Of a stretch of 64,000 nucleotides of DNA, positions 1-11,948 are shown piece by piece. Below the pieces are notes generated by a model that was not told the DNA's origin, made no database searches, and saw nothing but the letters and a program-made list of their open reading frames with translations. Every line of letters starts with the position of its first letter. Positions within the stretch are counted from its first letter, which is position 1. Source of the DNA: Picochlorum sp. SENEW3 (taxonomy: Eukaryota); NCBI GenBank assembly GCA_034226945.1, contig CP120453.1, positions 434,001-498,000 of the forward strand, written 5' to 3'. A program made the position numbers and the translations under genes.

Positions 1-1
1 G

Positions 2-808
2 TTGTTGACGACTGGAGACGATGGTTCAGTGCGAATGTGGAAGTGTGATCAAGGGAATCAAGATCTGTTGGCTCACTTGACAGGGCACGAATCGACAGTG
101 GAATCCTGTGCTGTGCGGCCTGATGGTGAGCGATGTGCCACAGCAGGATGGGATACAAACATCCTTATTTGGAGATCAGGGGAAAGTTTAGAAACGCACG
201 TGTCTGAGAACCCAGCAAAAAAACAGCCAGGAAAAAAAACGATGAAGAGCTCGTCGGCGGAAGTAGAGTCTGTAGGTGCCCTGGAGGCACACTCCCAATG
301 TGTGTCGGATATGGTGTGGAAGTCCCATGAAAATCTAATATCCTGCTCTTGGGATCATAGTATCAAGTTCTGGGACGTGGAAATGGAAACAGTAACTGAT
401 TCGTTCACACACAACAAGGTCTTGTACTGCCTAGACACTTCAAATAGCGATGATTCCAGCCACGTGGTTGCCTTTGGGGGGGCAGAAAAGGCCGTTCGAC
501 TCTGGGACAGGAGGGAAAAGCAGGGAACCTTTGCAAAATCCCTGCGTTCATTACAATCACATACGTCATGGGTGTCTGATCTTGAGTGGCACCCAACATC
601 AGAGTACCACATCATGACTGCTTCGTATGATGGCTCTGTCAAACTCTGGGACATTCGTGGTGAAATACCCCTCCACACAATCCACCCTACGACCGTGTCA
701 GGTGATGATAGATTGCTATGCTGTGCGTGGATTGGATCGTCTAGCATTGCGTTCGGTGGTACAAACAAGACCCTGTCCACCATGGTGTTGCAACCATCGA
801 CCTTCTGA
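2..808 (+). CDS. WDR12: WD40 ribosome biogenesis protein, WDR12/Ytm1-like (5' truncated by window edge)
   Basis: WD40 repeats (GH..SV, SWDHSIKFWD, ASYDGSVKLWDIR) with the arrangement typical of the Ytm1/WDR12 C-terminal half. Confidence 0.75.
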   Translation: MLTTGDDGSVRMWKCDQGNQDLLAHLTGHESTVESCAVRPDGERCATAGWDTNILIWRSGESLETHVSENPAKKQPGKKTMKSSSAEVESVGALEAHSQCVSDMVWKSHENLISCSWDHSIKFWDVEMETVTDSFTHNKVLYCLDTSNSDDSSHVVAFGGAEKAVRLWDRREKQGTFAKSLRSLQSHTSWVSDLEWHPTSEYHIMTASYDGSVKLWDIRGEIPLHTIHPTTVSGDDRLLCCAWIGSSSIAFGGTNKTLSTMVLQPSTF

Positions 809-918
809 TGACATGTGGCATCTGCCACAGGGAGATGATCAAAACCACCGACCCTCCCTATAGCTCAGCATTCGGAAATTATCATAGATAATTCGTGTAA
901 TAGAAAATGTTGTATCAG

Positions 919-3119
919 ATGAATACTCCAAGGACGATGGGGGGCATTTCGTTGCCTGCTCCAGCAGGACATCGTGTGGCCCTCAGAACGAGGATGGTAG
1001 TGACCGCACAGGTACGATCACCGCAGCCTTTAGTACCGATTTTGTGGTTTATTTATATAACTAGATAGAATGGGTGGTGACGATGTGAGGAATGTGTGTG
1101 CAGAAGGGGGATAAGGATCAGAAATCCTACGTTCCATCTCTCGCTGCCTTTGCGGCCATGACCGGGCTCTTGGGCAATGTGAACCCTTCTTTGGCTGCAG
1201 ATTTTGTTCCTCCTGCTACAGAAGGTAACACTGCGACAATTGAGAGTAACAAAGCGGCCAATGAATTTGGTGGTATGGCTGCCGCTCCAGCAGTGCAGAG
1301 CTCGACCTCGGAACTTCCAGAGGGAAACCAATGGAGGTATTCCGACTTTATTGGCGCTGTTCAGAACGGAAAGGTCGAGCGCGTGAGATTCTCCAAGGAT
1401 GGATCGCAGCTTCAGTTGACTGCTGTGGATGGACGCAGAGCTTTGGTTGTTCTTCCAAATGACCCAGAATTGGTGGACATCTTGGCAAAGAATGGGGTGG
1501 ATATCTCCGTGGCTGAGGCAGAGCAGCAAGGAAATTACGTATCATTGCTCGGAAATCTTCTGTTCCCATTGGTGGCGTTCGCTGGACTGTTCTTGCTCTT
1601 CCGCCGTTCTGGAGACCAGCAGGGTGGGGGCCCAATGGGCCCCATGGGTGGGCCAATGGATTTCGGTCGCTCAAAGTCAAAGTTCCAAGAGATTCCAGAA
1701 ACTGGAGTGAAGTTTGCTGACGTCGCTGGATGCGACAATGCGAAATTGGAACTCCAGGAATTGGTTGACTTTTTGAAGAATCCAGAAAAGTACACCAAGT
1801 TGGGTGCCAAGATTCCAAAGGGAGCTCTCTTGGTCGGTCCACCAGGAACAGGTAAGACGTTGATCGCCAAGGCTGTGGCTGGCGAGGCTGGAACTCCATT
1901 CTTCTCCTGTGCTGCATCAGAATTCGTAGAGCTGTTTGTGGGTGTGGGAGCATCCCGTGTCCGTGACCTGTTCGAAAAGGCCAAGGCCAAGGCGCCATGC
2001 ATCATTTTCATCGATGAGATCGATGCCGTAGGTAGACAGCGTGGTGCTGGAATGGGAGGAGGTAATGATGAGAGAGAGCAGACCATCAATCAGCTGTTGA
2101 CAGAGATGGACGGATTTGAAGGCAACACAGGTGTCATTGTGCTTGCTGCCACAAACAGACCAGATGTCTTGGATTCCGCCTTGCTTCGCCCAGGGCGATT
2201 TGATCGTCAGGTGACTGTCGATCGTCCAGATGTTCAAGGCCGTGTGGCGATTCTGAAGGTGCACTCTGCAGGAAAGACGCTGGCAAAAGATGTTGACTTT
2301 GACAAAGTGGCACGCAGAACCCCAGGTTTCACAGGAGCTGATCTTGCCAACCTCATGAACGAAGCTGCTATTCTCGCGGCTCGTCGTAATCTTACTGAGA
2401 TCACAAACGAAGAAATTGCTGATGCCCTCGAGCGCATTATTGCTGGACCAGAGAAGAAGGGAGCTGTCATGTCTGAGGCAAAGAAGAGACTTGTGGCATA
2501 CCACGAAGCAGGCCATGCAGTCGTTGGTGCATTGATGCCAGAGTACGACCCAGTGACAAAGATTTCTATCGTTCCAAGAGGAGCAGCAGGAGGGCTTACC
2601 TTCTTTGCCCCATCTGAGGAGCGCCTGGAGTCTGGACTCTACAGCAGATCTTACCTGGAGAACCAAATGGCTGTCGCTATGGGTGGACGAGTAGCTGAAG
2701 AATTGATCTTTGGTCCAGAGGACGTGACCACCGGTGCCTCTGGAGACTTCCAGCAGGTATCACGTGTTGCCAGAATGATGGTTTCCCAGATGGGATTCTC
2801 AAAAGAGCTGGGACAGGTGGCCTGGAGCGGCAGTGGGGGAAACCAGTTCCTGGGAGCCCAGATGGCGCAGCCAGCAGATTGCTCTGCCGCCACAGCTGAT
2901 AAAATTGATGGCGAAGTGAACAAGATTGTTGATGTTGCCTACCGTAGAGCCAAGGACCTTCTCCAGCAAAACATGGACGTCCTCCACAAATGTGCGGATC
3001 TCCTGATGGAGAGAGAGACCATTGATGGAGAGGATTTGCAAGCATTGCTGGTGGAGGCCCAATCAAGGCAGTATTTGAAAGAAGATGAACCATCTGTCAG
3101 CATCCCATACAGAGGATAA
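919..3119 (+). CDS. ftsH: Chloroplast ATP-dependent zinc metalloprotease FtsH (FtsH1/5 type); exons 919-1011, 1104-3119
   Basis: Walker A GPPGTGKT, Walker [17 protein letters not shown] zinc motif. Transit-peptide-like exon 1 joins in frame through a GT..AG intron at 1012-1103. Confidence 0.95.
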
Positions 3120-3465
3120 GTTGATCCATCTATGATTGATTTTCGTACACATATTTTTTTCTTGGATGTAACAACAAAAAAAAAAAGACCTTGTTACTCG
3201 ACCATGAGCAATTCAATGCATGCTTTTGCCGATGGTGGAATCATTCTCCAGCACAGAATGATGCATGCACAGCCAATGAAGGGCACATCATGATGAGAGC
3301 ACGAATACCCCACAATCTGGTCATATGAAATACATTTAATGATAAAATGACCATACTGAGTCGGTATTTGGGGTTATTATAATGGTCATGGCCCTTCTCC
3401 AGGACGCCTCAGCCAGACCACGCATTTGTCACACACAAGATTGATATCGATTTCCACCGGATACA

Positions 3466-4533
3466 ATGGTAATTCTAACACCAAAATACCCTAGAATACA
3501 TGAATTCAATGGGAAAAGGCGGAATGCTCTACGCATTGGGGGCGTAGCATGTGTTGCTCTTGCTGGAACCGCGGGGTTGCTGTCTGTTCAGCAGCAGAGG
3601 TCAAGCAAGAAGGTGGGCGGAAGCGGGCGCATGACTCTCAATGAGACGGCAATTGACTGCATAAGTGGGGCACTTGGTGAAGTTGCAGCGCTGTATTCCT
3701 TGTTTCCGCTGGATACACTCAAAGTGCAGTGTCAGGCAAAGTCAGTAAGTCTTTCAACAGCCTTGAAGCACATTGTGCAACAGGGACCTCGTACTGCTGT
3801 CCGACTCCTTTACGCAGGAGCTGGAACGGCTGCATTTGGGGGAACAATAGTGGGGGCCTTACATCTCTCGGTTTATTATTATTGGAAACGCATCGGTGAT
3901 AAGATTCAGGCGCAGGAGTCCTCCTCAGATGGGATGAGCAAGGGTGGCTTTGCTCTCTTTGGAGCACTCATGAGTTCCATTTGCGTCGGAGCTGTCGAGG
4001 CACCTTTCGATCAAGTTAAAATGAGGGCGCAGGCGAATGCAATCAGGGGTCCTCCCATGAAGCATCTCATAGAGACCCTGACAAGCTCTGGGGCCCGTGC
4101 AGTCATGAGCACTTCATTTGTCCCATTCATCATGAAAGCCATTCCGCATGATGTAGGGGAATTGATTACTTTTTCAGCTCTTAGCGAGACAGATTCCATT
4201 GCGGAAGCACTGGGACCATTTCCAGAATCTGCCAGAGATGCTGTGTTGGGTGCTGCCGCGGCAGTGACTGCTGCAGTCCTGAGCACTCCCTTTGATGTCG
4301 TTTGTACGAAGACCAACGTGTCTGGCGCCGCCCGCGCTCATGGAACCATGTTTGATTCCTTGAAATCATTTGGGAAGACTGCACGAACAGAATTCCAAAA
4401 AGGGGGTGTAAGGGCGTTTTATTCAGGCTTCCTACCACGACTCCTTCAAATGGTCCCAGCAGGGGTCATTTACTGGGCTGTGGTAGAATCGAGTCGTCGA
4501 GCTCTTTCTCCCAAGCCGGTTACAATTTCATGA
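3466..4533 (+). CDS. Mitochondrial carrier family (SLC25) protein, SAM-carrier-like
   Basis: Three PX[DE]XX[KR]-like signatures (PLDTLK, PFDQVK, PFDVVCTK) and C-terminal FYSGFLPRLL. Confidence 0.85.
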   Translation: MVILTPKYPRIHEFNGKRRNALRIGGVACVALAGTAGLLSVQQQRSSKKVGGSGRMTLNETAIDCISGALGEVAALYSLFPLDTLKVQCQAKSVSLSTALKHIVQQGPRTAVRLLYAGAGTAAFGGTIVGALHLSVYYYWKRIGDKIQAQESSSDGMSKGGFALFGALMSSICVGAVEAPFDQVKMRAQANAIRGPPMKHLIETLTSSGARAVMSTSFVPFIMKAIPHDVGELITFSALSETDSIAEALGPFPESARDAVLGAAAAVTAAVLSTPFDVVCTKTNVSGAARAHGTMFDSLKSFGKTARTEFQKGGVRAFYSGFLPRLLQMVPAGVIYWAVVESSRRALSPKPVTIS

Positions 4534-4552
4534 TTATTGCTCATTTTATTTC

Positions 4553-5860
4553 TCACTGAAAATACATATTTCCATATTTTTGCAACGCTCCATACCAATA
4601 GCAACTGAGAGCATCCTCAGTCAAATTGTATTGCACAAAATTCTGTCCTCCTTTTGCGACGCGAGACTGTTGCTTTTTATTCTCTTGCACGGCAGATTTG
4701 ATTTTTGGGGCTGATATATTGAAAAATTGCCCCTCATCCACGCCGTCATCCGTAGCATCCACTTGAATCACATGAACACCATCCTTGAGAGCTGGTTCAT
4801 AAAACTCCTCAAATTTGGACGTGAATTTTATGACTAATGAACCGCATGCTAACTTATACTTCAAACCTGCAGAATATGTGAGTCCAGCAGTATGAATTTG
4901 GCTGTTATACTTGCACTGCTCATGCAAAGGAACAAACCGCTCCATATTGGCTGTGGCAAACCCAGTATCTTTGATATCCAGGTTCGTTCCCAGTACATCG
5001 ATATCCTTCTTCTCCTTATGGAGCTTTTCCAATAGAGGCATCAGGCCTCTCCTTGGCCCAACACCCCAATTCGATCTGTGAAACAAAGCATCAACTCTGT
5101 CACTCCATGCCATCTTGGAGGATGAATCCAACAACAAATTCCTCACATCAAGCCACGAATCCTTGTCATAATGCGTCTCTGGATAACATCCAAATGTAAA
5201 GTCAGGGACAGGGACATCGACGTGGTCCCTATCAGTCGACATGGCGAACGCAGGAAGTTTGGAATTCACATGCCGAAACACAATGCCAAAGTCCTCTGTC
5301 GTCACCACAAAGCGCATCGATTTCCCACCAAACTCTTCCGCCAAAGCCTTCCCATGAACCTCGATAGCCTTCCTCAAAGCTATCCGGATGCATCGCGACT
5401 TGTGCTCCACATTCGCCGGAAACCTCTCGGTAATATTGAGGTCGTACGCCTGTGTCTTCTCGCTGTACACCAACTCTACCAAATCCTGCCCAGGACTATA
5501 CTCACCCCATTTAATATCTTTCATAGCATCTATAGATTCCTCTGAAGTCTGCGTAGAAGCAGCTTTGCTTTCCTCTGCTCGTTTAAAATGGTGATCTAAC
5601 GCATCCCGAACCCATGGATTCTGCTCGAAACAGTCCATTTTCGAGACATCCTCAGACTTTGAGAACGGAAATCTGCCTTCATATGTCTCTGATAACACAC
5701 CAAGATCCCCTCTATTCTGAATCCCCAGAATCAACAGGGCTAAAACCACCAAACCGGACACGAGCACCGGCAAACTTGGAATTCGAAATTTCCTCTGTGT
5801 CACCACGGCACTAGATCGAAGTCTCTTCATAAAGGCAGGTATTAGGTGCATTAAAACCAT
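4553..5860 (-). CDS. Glycosyltransferase family 90 (CAP10/POGLUT-like), type II membrane protein
   Basis: N-terminal TM anchor; DVPVPDFTF, EQCKY..IHTAG..YSAGLKYKLACGSLV and EEFYEPALK motifs. Confidence 0.8.
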   Translation of the reverse strand: MVLMHLIPAFMKRLRSSAVVTQRKFRIPSLPVLVSGLVVLALLILGIQNRGDLGVLSETYEGRFPFSKSEDVSKMDCFEQNPWVRDALDHHFKRAEESKAASTQTSEESIDAMKDIKWGEYSPGQDLVELVYSEKTQAYDLNITERFPANVEHKSRCIRIALRKAIEVHGKALAEEFGGKSMRFVVTTEDFGIVFRHVNSKLPAFAMSTDRDHVDVPVPDFTFGCYPETHYDKDSWLDVRNLLLDSSSKMAWSDRVDALFHRSNWGVGPRRGLMPLLEKLHKEKKDIDVLGTNLDIKDTGFATANMERFVPLHEQCKYNSQIHTAGLTYSAGLKYKLACGSLVIKFTSKFEEFYEPALKDGVHVIQVDATDDGVDEGQFFNISAPKIKSAVQENKKQQSRVAKGGQNFVQYNLTEDALSCYWYGALQKYGNMYFQ

Positions 5861-5889
5861 GGTATAAATAATGTATTAGCATTTCATGA

Positions 5890-6618
5890 TCAGTCCCTTT
5901 TGGTTGCTGACTTCAAAGACGAGTTCTTCAGCCCACGAACAACTGTCAAGAGCACAATGATGGCTACTGCAATAGATATGTAGGAATAATATGCAATCTG
6001 CTGCTGGGTGAACTGCATGGACGATAGGCCAGCCAGAATGTCATGATACCATGATGGCTCTGGTGGCACATCCACTGGAGAGGAGGCAGTCTCCCATCCT
6101 GTGGTGATCCACGTCCTCATTTCCTGGAACACTCGTTCATCATCATACGTTCCCATACCCTTTGGAAGAATCCAATCTTTCACATACATGTTACGGTGTT
6201 GTCGAAACATGATCACGACAGGATGCCTCTTCAAAACCCGGCCCTCACCACCACCATTGTGGGGAACTACAAACTGCTCTTCAAATCTCTTCAATAGCCC
6301 CTTTTCCTTCTCCACTCGAGCATCAGCCACTATAATATTCTCTGATTCCAGCAAATCAGCTGCCAAACGCTTCCATACGGTGTCCGTTTGTGAGCAAGAA
6401 CTCAGAATGTCCTGTTGGCCTGCCTGGGCTTGTCCACCCGAACAAAAGCGTATCGCCCAAATGCCAGTCGTCTGCCCTGTCGATGCCTGTGTATCATGTT
6501 CAAATGTCTCATCTGTCAAGACGATGGGTTCAATATCGGATGCATCACTGGAACTCGCAAGAAGACAGGAAAAGAGCAGCAGTATGAGAGTGCAGTTGAA
6601 CAGCTCCATCAGTCCCAT
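5890..6618 (-). CDS. Membrane-anchored thioredoxin-fold protein lacking the canonical CXXC
   Basis: Signal peptide, LTDETFEHDTQASTGQTTGIW (TMX/PDI-like start), C-terminal TM and basic tail. Confidence 0.65.
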   Translation of the reverse strand: MGLMELFNCTLILLLFSCLLASSSDASDIEPIVLTDETFEHDTQASTGQTTGIWAIRFCSGGQAQAGQQDILSSCSQTDTVWKRLAADLLESENIIVADARVEKEKGLLKRFEEQFVVPHNGGGEGRVLKRHPVVIMFRQHRNMYVKDWILPKGMGTYDDERVFQEMRTWITTGWETASSPVDVPPEPSWYHDILAGLSSMQFTQQQIAYYSYISIAVAIIVLLTVVRGLKNSSLKSATKRD

Positions 6619-6810
6619 GGGTTGATCGATGTATATATATTGGTATCGTATGAATTAAGTAATGATTTAGATCCATCCCAAGGCAAAGAAAACCCATCTC
6701 CAGTTGCCATCATGGCATACGTTGCGAAGAAAAGAAGAATGTTGTATTTCAAATTTGAATTCAAAACTATTTGTTCCGAGACCAATCCGCGGTTGATCGC
6801 AGGATTGATC

Positions 6811-7623
6811 ATGGCACATTATTGGTATTGTGGCAAGCAGTACACGTATCAGCGCAATGCAGCCACAGATCATTCATCCATGACACGAATGTCTCGAAGG
6901 GAATTTTCAACGATGGTTGGTGCGGTGGGAAGGAAAGAGAGTATTAGATACTCTATAATTGATACGAAGGGCGACTTGGGGGTATTGAGACAGCGGATGG
7001 GGGCAGGCATGCCAAGAGCTGAGCAGGTGTATGAGCTCTCCATGGCATGTTTTGAGTGCGATGGGCGCTTGGATGGGGTCTTTGGTGGTCTAACTCCTTC
7101 TTTTTCTCTCAAGTATACCGTTGAGGAGGAACTACCATCGCCCATGGGGACCAGTGAGGTATTGAATGATAATCACATGCATCATCAAAGAGGCTATTTT
7201 GCGTGGACAAGAGAGCAGGTATTGGGCAAGATTGACCTGTCCATGAAGAACAGCATGGTCATTTGTGCAGCGTATGCAGAGGATGGTGATGAGAATGCAC
7301 TGCGGAGATGGGTGCGTGGACTCCATGGGGAGAGGCGTCTCGTTGGGTTTGGGAGAGCTGTGGGAGACACTGCGCTGGTTGCCACAGTCTGTGATGTCAT
7401 GGTGCACCCCTCCTATCGGCGGCGCGGGATTGGGAGTAGAATTCTAAGGAATATGACGAGGCACTTGGATACAGTGTGGGATATTATCGATGTAGGGGCT
7501 CCCGTGCATCCCGAGGCCATGCCGTTCTTTGAGAGTGACAAGGCACATTTTGGCCTCGACGATGAGGGGTCAATCGCCCTTCAATTACAGGTTCCTGCGT
7601 GCTTGGTCGATCATGCACCGTAA
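6811..7623 (+). CDS. GNAT-family N-acetyltransferase (start codon uncertain, 6811 or 6880)
   Basis: LVGFGRAVGD..LVATVCDVMVHPSYRRRGIG acetyl-CoA-binding motif A. Confidence 0.8.
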   Translation: MAHYWYCGKQYTYQRNAATDHSSMTRMSRREFSTMVGAVGRKESIRYSIIDTKGDLGVLRQRMGAGMPRAEQVYELSMACFECDGRLDGVFGGLTPSFSLKYTVEEELPSPMGTSEVLNDNHMHHQRGYFAWTREQVLGKIDLSMKNSMVICAAYAEDGDENALRRWVRGLHGERRLVGFGRAVGDTALVATVCDVMVHPSYRRRGIGSRILRNMTRHLDTVWDIIDVGAPVHPEAMPFFESDKAHFGLDDEGSIALQLQVPACLVDHAP

Positions 7624-7727
7624 TTCAAAAACCATACACGGAAAGAAATTGATTGATATCGAATGTATGGGATGCAGAGTTCGCCAGTGTCATAACAGAG
7701 CTTTCCGGAATACCTGAGGAGATTCAC

Positions 7728-8819
7728 ATGGCTGTTCGCTTACGACAGAGTGATAGGGTTCAAGGCCACAAAATCAAATCATTGGTGTGCACGAGGTTGG
7801 GGGATCCGTCGACGAGCATTAACTTGGTTGTGAAGTATTCGAATTCTGCGAGGGACGCACATGTTCCTCTTCCTCCCAATTGCGTGCGGATAAAAGTTAT
7901 CGCTGCTGCTCTCAATTTTGCAGATAGTCTTCAAATACAGGGTGTGTATCAGGAGAAGAAGAAGTGTCCGTTCATTCCGGGGAATGAGTGTAGCGGTGTT
8001 GTGTTGGAGGTTGGAAAGGATGTGGATCCAGAGCAGTCCACCATACATGTGGGCGATCATGTGTGTGCTGTGACAGATGGGGGTGCTTTCAGTGAGGAGG
8101 CTATAGCTCCCGCGATATCGGTAATCAAGGTCCCCAAAAGCTCAGATGTAGAAGCTGCAGCTGGCCTTCCAGTAGCATTTGGAACAGCATACATGGGTTT
8201 GTGTATGAGGGCAAAGGTGCAGCGTGGGCAGGTGGTACTGGTTCTTGGAGCTGCTGGCGGCGTAGGAATGGCTGCAGTCCAGATTAGTAAGCATTATCAG
8301 GCCAAGGTGATTGCTGTCGTCAGGGGTTCGGATAAAGCAGCCCTTGTCAGGGAGCTGGGGGCCGATGTGTGCATTGATACGTCGGGGGCATCGCATCCAG
8401 AGCATCTTGTGAGAAGTGAGGTAAAAAAGATTCTATCAAATAGCGGGGTAGATATTGTGTTTGATCCTGTGGGTGGCTCGCTGGGGTCCATGGCCTTCAA
8501 TCATCTTGTGCGTTTTGGGGGACAGGTCATTGTGGTTGGCTTTGCAAGCGGCTCTGTTCAAGAGTACAAATCAAACATAGCGCTTGTCAAAAATATTAGC
8601 ATCCATGGATTGTACTGGGGGGCCCACATGCATCACAAGCCTCAAGAGTTCAGAGAGAGTCTTTCAAAGGTTGGCAAGCTATTTGCCAATGGAGACATTC
8701 GAGTTCCAGTCAGCCACCAATATGCTTTAGAGCAGGCACAAGAGGCTTTTCAAGTGCTGAAAAATCGATCCGTGTCGGGCAAGTTGCTGTTTTTGCCAAC
8801 AAGGAAATCCATGCTGTGA
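7728..8819 (+). CDS. NADPH:quinone oxidoreductase-like, MDR superfamily
   Basis: ALNFAD, PFIPGNECSG, VLVLGAAGGVG Rossmann motif, DIVFDPVGG. Confidence 0.9.
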   Translation: MAVRLRQSDRVQGHKIKSLVCTRLGDPSTSINLVVKYSNSARDAHVPLPPNCVRIKVIAAALNFADSLQIQGVYQEKKKCPFIPGNECSGVVLEVGKDVDPEQSTIHVGDHVCAVTDGGAFSEEAIAPAISVIKVPKSSDVEAAAGLPVAFGTAYMGLCMRAKVQRGQVVLVLGAAGGVGMAAVQISKHYQAKVIAVVRGSDKAALVRELGADVCIDTSGASHPEHLVRSEVKKILSNSGVDIVFDPVGGSLGSMAFNHLVRFGGQVIVVGFASGSVQEYKSNIALVKNISIHGLYWGAHMHHKPQEFRESLSKVGKLFANGDIRVPVSHQYALEQAQEAFQVLKNRSVSGKLLFLPTRKSML

Positions 8820-9123
8820 TGAAAAAAAGGGTTGCATGCATGCAATGCCATCCGGTGGTGCATATTGATATCTGCAAGCCTTGTCTATGCATGGCCATGT
8901 AAACAGTATTATTATATTTACATACAACTATTATTGGTATTGCCATAGCATGCTGGGGCAGTGACTGTACCATATCGCGATACATGTGGACAGCGTGTTC
9001 AGGTTTACAGCGCTTCTCAACGATCGATTTTCTTATATGAATGAATATATTTAATTATGTGCATCTGAATTGAAGATTGTGAAGAACAGACTACGTGTTA
9101 TTAGTTTTTGGTGAAGAAAAGGC

Positions 9124-11948
9124 ATGCCAAAGAGTCATAAACGCAAGAAAAACCCAGGTGTGGGGATTGATTTTAAAAGGGCGAAGCACAAGGTTGGAAA
9201 AAAGTTGCCAAAAGCTCAAAATGAGACTGACACAACGGTGAGGGCCTCGAGGCTTGTACTGGCAGAGCAGAGTGTGGCAGTGGACAAGAGTGGCGTGGCA
9301 ACTACTTCTCGCAACGTATCTCTCAAGGTACGCGGTGCTTACCTTCAGCATCGATTCGTATGTATTATGAGGGATGTGTGGTTGACAGATTGTGGAACAT
9401 GCAGGAATTGTTGGGTCAATGCCGGCATTATAGTGAAAAGGTACGCTTGAAGGCACTCCATGGTCTCACAGAGTTGCTGCGGGAGCATCCGTCCGAGGGG
9501 AAGATTCACGGTTCTGAGATTGTTGCCATGACAGCGGATAGAGCTGGAGACTCAGACGTATCTTGTAGGGAAGCGTATTGTACGTTTCTCAAGACTGCAT
9601 TGTTTCCAGTTCTTGGTGAGCATGCTTTGCAGCCCTTTTTGCCCTTGATGATGGGGCACATTTGCAGTGCAATGACTCATCTGAATCACGCCATTCGATC
9701 ATCTGGCATTGACATGATGAACATTGTCCTCGAATGGAGGCCGGATATCGTGGCTCAGAGGTATTTTTGTGAGATTTGCAAACATTTTATTGATTCACTG
9801 GGGAGATCTTCGCGGGGCAGGTCTCTGAGTGCTGGCTCCTTGAAGACACTTCTCAGCCTGGCAGAAGGGTGTCTGAAATTTTTGAAATCAACTCTGCCGC
9901 ATGTTCCGGGAGTATTTCATGTACAAAATGAAAATGTCATTCCACATGACAATGCTAATAATGTGGACTCTGCCAAGAAGGCTAGAAACAATAAGGAGAG
10001 TCGCAGCAAATGCATTGGGATGTCTGGGACGGTTTTGCTGAATGCCTCAAAGGGACAATGGGATTCTGCTAGAAATACAACGTTTGGTACGGCTACAAGC
10101 GAGGGGGAAGGGGATTCATATGTTCAGCATGCCGCCAAACTTGTAGTATTATTACTGGACTGCTGGGAGGAGTGTGGGTTGACTTCTCCAGATGGGGACA
10201 TTGGGAAGAGCGAGCGGGGCACATCCCCAGATGCATGTGGTTGTAGAATTCTAGAATGTTGCTCGCTTCTGATGGCCAGGTATAAGGCTCCAATTCTCAG
10301 GGATCCGTTGTATGTATCAACCATTTCCAACGGTATTCTGTCCAGAGTGTTTCCTTGTTTCCCGAATATTGGGTCCTCGAAAGGTGGCATTGGCGAGATT
10401 GATGCGGTAGCGGCGGACTTGATTGCACATATTATTTTACAATCTCGCGAGCAACCTGACGATTTTGAACATGAATTGATTGAGCAGGCAACAGAGAGAT
10501 TATTTGGGTGGTCCAAGTTTTGTCTGGATCAAAGTCATCATGACACAAGGGCATTCTCGGTTGGGATCAAGCTTGGTGGTCAATTGATCTATTGCTTGAA
10601 GGAAGATTCCAGAAACGAAATTTTGAGGTCGATCATGCATGCGTGGAAGGGATCGGATATTCACAGCAATGAAAGAAATCAAGGCCTCAGGTTTCTTGGT
10701 GCCATCCTTCGACCAGTCCTGACAGATCAAAGTGCAGATCGTGGCCTTTGGGATGGTTCTAGACAAGATTGTACCACAAAATCCATCGTCAATTCTAGAT
10801 CGGATGGAATTTTTGCAGAGTGGCTGTCTGATATCCCATCCTTCTTGTGGAAGCTTGGTACTAGTTCCTCACAGGCTTACACGTATGGCCTGGGACTGAC
10901 GGCCTTGTTGAACGCTTCAAGATTTTTTGACAATGGAGAATCAGTGCGTCTTCCAAACCTCAAATGTGAACTAGAATCACTGACGATGAAGATTGTGCCC
11001 CTGTTTGGGCTGAAAATGAAGAACAAATTGGTTCCTGGGCCCTTGGTACAGCTGCCTGTCCACGTGCAAAAGATGGCAGTTGATGTCCTGTATCATCTCC
11101 CAGGTCTGCACAAAAACGTGGTGCAGATGATATCACTCTGCATCGAATACAGAAATATGTATTCTTTCGATCTAATGGAGAGGTTGTTTGAAGTGATATA
11201 TTTTAAATCCCAGTATGGTGACCCAGAGCAAGTGTGGAGTTTCATTTATGGAGCTTTGAGGGGACCGAGCGTCTCAGATGCTTCCGTGAAGAACGGCAAA
11301 AAGAGCGCTTGTAATGATTGGAAGACTGACGTGTTCATCGTGGAGAGAGTCAGTCAAGTTGCATTGCATTGTAGCTCGCCAGCCATGGCTCTTCAAGCTG
11401 TTCTGCCTGCTCTCCTTGCCGAGCAATCACATTTGTCTTCAGTGACACAAAAGGCCAGGGCTGCATATGGAACGCTATTTTTCTGGAACAAGGCACTATG
11501 TATATGCCACCCTGTCGACATGAAGATTTCATCGACCGAGTTGATGACATTGCTCGATTTGAGCAGTAGCTTATCTTGTAGGCTTCCTGGCAATATCATT
11601 GACCAGGAGATGAGTGACCACCTGGAGAAGGCTTCTCGGCATGCAACAAGAAGTATGATGGAACATTTTCCTGATCAAAGTCTTCAGTGCATTGCAGAAT
11701 ACATAAATTCCTGGCACGAAGAGAGATTGCAATCAGTTGTTGCAATTTTGCAGAATCTTCAGTGGGTTCTAGATGGTGATCTTGAGGCCAGTTTTTTGGC
11801 TTCCCTCCAATCAGCGCCATCCAAGCACAAGGTGCAAATTGCTTTAGAAAATCTAATGTCGAGAAAAGATACGTCTGAAGAAGAGAATAACATTCTCATT
11901 GAACAGGTTTTACATATGTATAGGTTAATTATTATTGCTCCTCGATAA
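9124..11948 (+). CDS. TEX10: TEX10/Ipi1-like pre-60S Rix1-complex protein; exons 9124-9327, 9405-11948
   Basis: N-terminal DFKRAKHKVGKKLPKAQNETDT and 'ELLGQCRHYSEKVR' Ipi1_N signature; in-frame GT..AG intron 9328-9404. Confidence 0.85.

Noticed and set aside
1053..3093. Multiple antisense ORFs over FtsH (and similar shadows over other genes)
   Set aside because: Shadow ORFs produced by codon bias of the real gene; no motifs.
6415..6810. N-terminal extension of the GNAT ORF
   Set aside because: It overlaps the divergent thioredoxin-like CDS and an AT-rich promoter-like stretch; probably not translated.
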